DNA from: Marsupella aquatica
Taxonomy: Eukaryota > Plantae > Marchantiophyta
Length of the DNA: 64,000 nucleotides
Direction: 5' to 3'
Assembly: GCA_973895155.1 (NCBI GenBank)
Contig: OZ316893.1
Span: 14,910,645 to 14,974,644 of the forward strand
A program made the position numbers and the translations under genes. The notes beneath the pieces were generated by a model. That model had not been told where the DNA came from, did not search any database, and saw only the letters and a list, made by a program, of their open reading frames with translations. Shown piece by piece: positions 61,631 to 64,000 of the stretch. Each line of letters starts with the position of its first letter. Positions within the stretch are counted from its first letter, which is position 1.

Positions 61631-62586
61631 AGTACCAATTAGTATGGACGTTGTATAGTCTGCACCCATGCATTGTCATAAATACCTACCCCTCCCTCCC
61701 TTACACAATTTCTCAAACCGCCGCCACACTTCGTCAATAAATCAGCTCAGTGCTCTGCCGACATCATTAGAGAACACCTTCCTGGCCTCCTCACCTCTCG
61801 ATCTCATCAGCAACTTTGCAAATCGTTCCCCCGTACCATAATAAAGCCCTCTCCCACCGAACCTCGTACGGCATTGCCCATCCACTGCTACGAAAATTCC
61901 TTGTCCATCTCATCTCGTTCACACTCCACCGTCATGATGCGATTTCCACCACGACAAGAATGGTAAGTATGGGATTCCGCCAAAGTCGGTGACTACCGAT
62001 CGTCTCTCGCTGTTGTCGTTACTGGATCGATCACTGGAGTCAGCGCAGCGAAGAAGAAGCTCTGCGTTGATTGTTGCACTCCTCTCAGCTTACCTTCCCT
62101 CCTCGGTTGGCAGTTCAAGGCTTTGTATGGCCCCGTAAACAAAACTCTGCATGCACGATGAAGACCTGAGTGTGCACGATGAAGACCGTCCTGAGCAACG
62201 AGAGTACGAGACCTGAGCAGCATCCGCCATTATTGTGTCTCGCCCCGCAAAGGCGCAAAGGCGCAAATTGATGAGCGCAGCCATTGATCAAAAAGCATTG
62301 TGCAGGTCTGCAGGTCTGCAGGACTTCGTGTTTCATGAGCATAATGAAACTATGAAAGTGCGTGTTTGGTACTCCTGAAATGATGATGGTAAGTAAAGAT
62401 CTGAGTGCAGCATTTCGCTCATAGCACGACAGTCTCTCTATAAGTGCACACTAGCACTAAGAAGCATTCTGTGTGCACTTAACATGACTTTGCACTACGT
62501 GAAAAATGCAAACAGCATAAGATGTAGCATTTTATCAATAAACGAGCCCTATACCCGAGCTTTGCACGGTGCAATGAGGGCTGGCC

Positions 62587-62712
62587 CACAGGGCAGGGGG
62601 GCTGAGAGGCAAGAGAGGCAAGTGGTAATCGAATCAAATGGATAGAGGCTGGCACACAGGGCCGGGGGCTGAGAGGCAAGAGAGGGCAAGTGGTAATCGA
62701 ATCAAATGGATA
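62587..62712. repeat. ~58-bp direct duplication
   Basis: cacagggc..gggg(g)ctgagaggcaagagagg(g)caagtggtaatcgaatcaaatggata occurs twice. Confidence 0.85.
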
Positions 62713-64000
62713 CAAAAATCCTCTAAAATATCTAACGGCCAGATTTGATTCCCGCCAATTCTCTATTTCATAACGGGATCACTTATTATAGTTGTAGATG
62801 CACATTGGGCACTTAATGTGACTTTGCACCAGGTGATAAGTGCAGAAATGTGGAATTGTGCATTTGTTGATAAGATGTGGCTCTTATCAATAATGCACAA
62901 TGGGCCCTCTGTGAGTGAACACTGTTGTGAGTCCCAACCTAAATTGTACATCCCTGCCATGGACGTGATCCCCTATCCCATGTGTGCAGTGTTCACTCTA
63001 TGTAAAAGTACCATGAGTTTGTCATAAGTGTAAGTCCATGGAATTGTGGGGTTACTGTTAAGTGTTTAATGCACCCTAAACGTTTGCACTTACATTGTTA
63101 TCTTTTAGTGAAAAGGTTTTGGCCTCTTTGTACTCACAGAAAGTGCAAATGGCTGGAAAAAGGGAAGAATGGGATGCTTTACATTTATCCAGATGTTGCA
63201 CTTATGGAGTGTGCATTTATACACACACGACTGTAAAGTATGCTAATGATCAAGCGTCATTGAGGCAGTTGGGCCTGGGATCAATAGGGCTGTAGCTTAA
63301 GCATGTTTGTGTAAGGTGTAGTAAAAATGCTCCAAATATTACAGTATGACATGTGATCTCAATTCTGCCTTTTTCTCCCTCATCCTCATTTCTTACCGTA
63401 GACTATTATTGGTAAGTTGCTAGATCTTTTAATTATTTTGCGGACCCCTGTTATATGCATGTTTTTTAATGCTTTTAAACCAGAACTGCCCATACATAAG
63501 GGGGAAGTGTCCAACACTTCTCCCTTTTCTACATACCACTCTTTTCTTTCCTAAGATGCTAGTCTGCTCCATGATTTGGGGAGAACTTTACTCTTAATAG
63601 TGAAATTTGGGCCATACTGGTAACCCATAGCTCTTGAAAGGGCAGCTATGGTTCAAGGGAGATATTCCGCGTTTGATTTCATTTAAACCACACCTGCCCC
63701 TATAAACGGCTACAGGTAACCTGTAGCTCTCATTCTAAGGAGTAGAAGTTCAGAAATGTGCTTTGAACTCCACAAAAGGTGCTGACTGCAAAACCTATTT
63801 TTGGCAAGTACTCCACAAAACGTACTAGTGTTCCACCTTGTATGGTGAGTAGTGAGACATGGAATGAGGCTTTTATAATGACAGGTGTGGTTTAAGGTGA
63901 AGGGAGAAAGAGTTGAATGCATTCTGGGTTTTGTGACAGCCTCTACAGCTACGTTTGCCAATTTTGCTTGAACCATTGCAAATGCCATTCCTTCCTCCAA

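Overview
Eukaryotic nuclear DNA from a land plant. Compact GT-AG introns, a CTR1 gene and a CRE-type retrotransposon suggest a non-seed plant such as a bryophyte or lycophyte (inference). Left part (to ~19 kb) holds an apparently incomplete ArfB/ICT1-like GGQ peptidyl-tRNA hydrolase gene (+), a two-exon DUF218/YdcF-like gene with a GC-AG intron (-) and an 11-exon CTR1-like Raf kinase gene (-). The middle (~19-58 kb) is a transposon island. It contains a complete 4.87-kb PIF/Harbinger element (TIRs plus TTA TSD) that carries a third, unexplained ORF between its Myb-like and transposase genes, a full-length Ty1/Copia element (TSD TCCAT) nested in older repeats, a related solo LTR, CRE-like RLE non-LTR retrotransposon copies, and several MITE-like inverted repeats. 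The right end holds an intronless secreted PGIP-like LRR gene (-) and a few tandem repeats. The most interesting observation is the three-gene Harbinger element.
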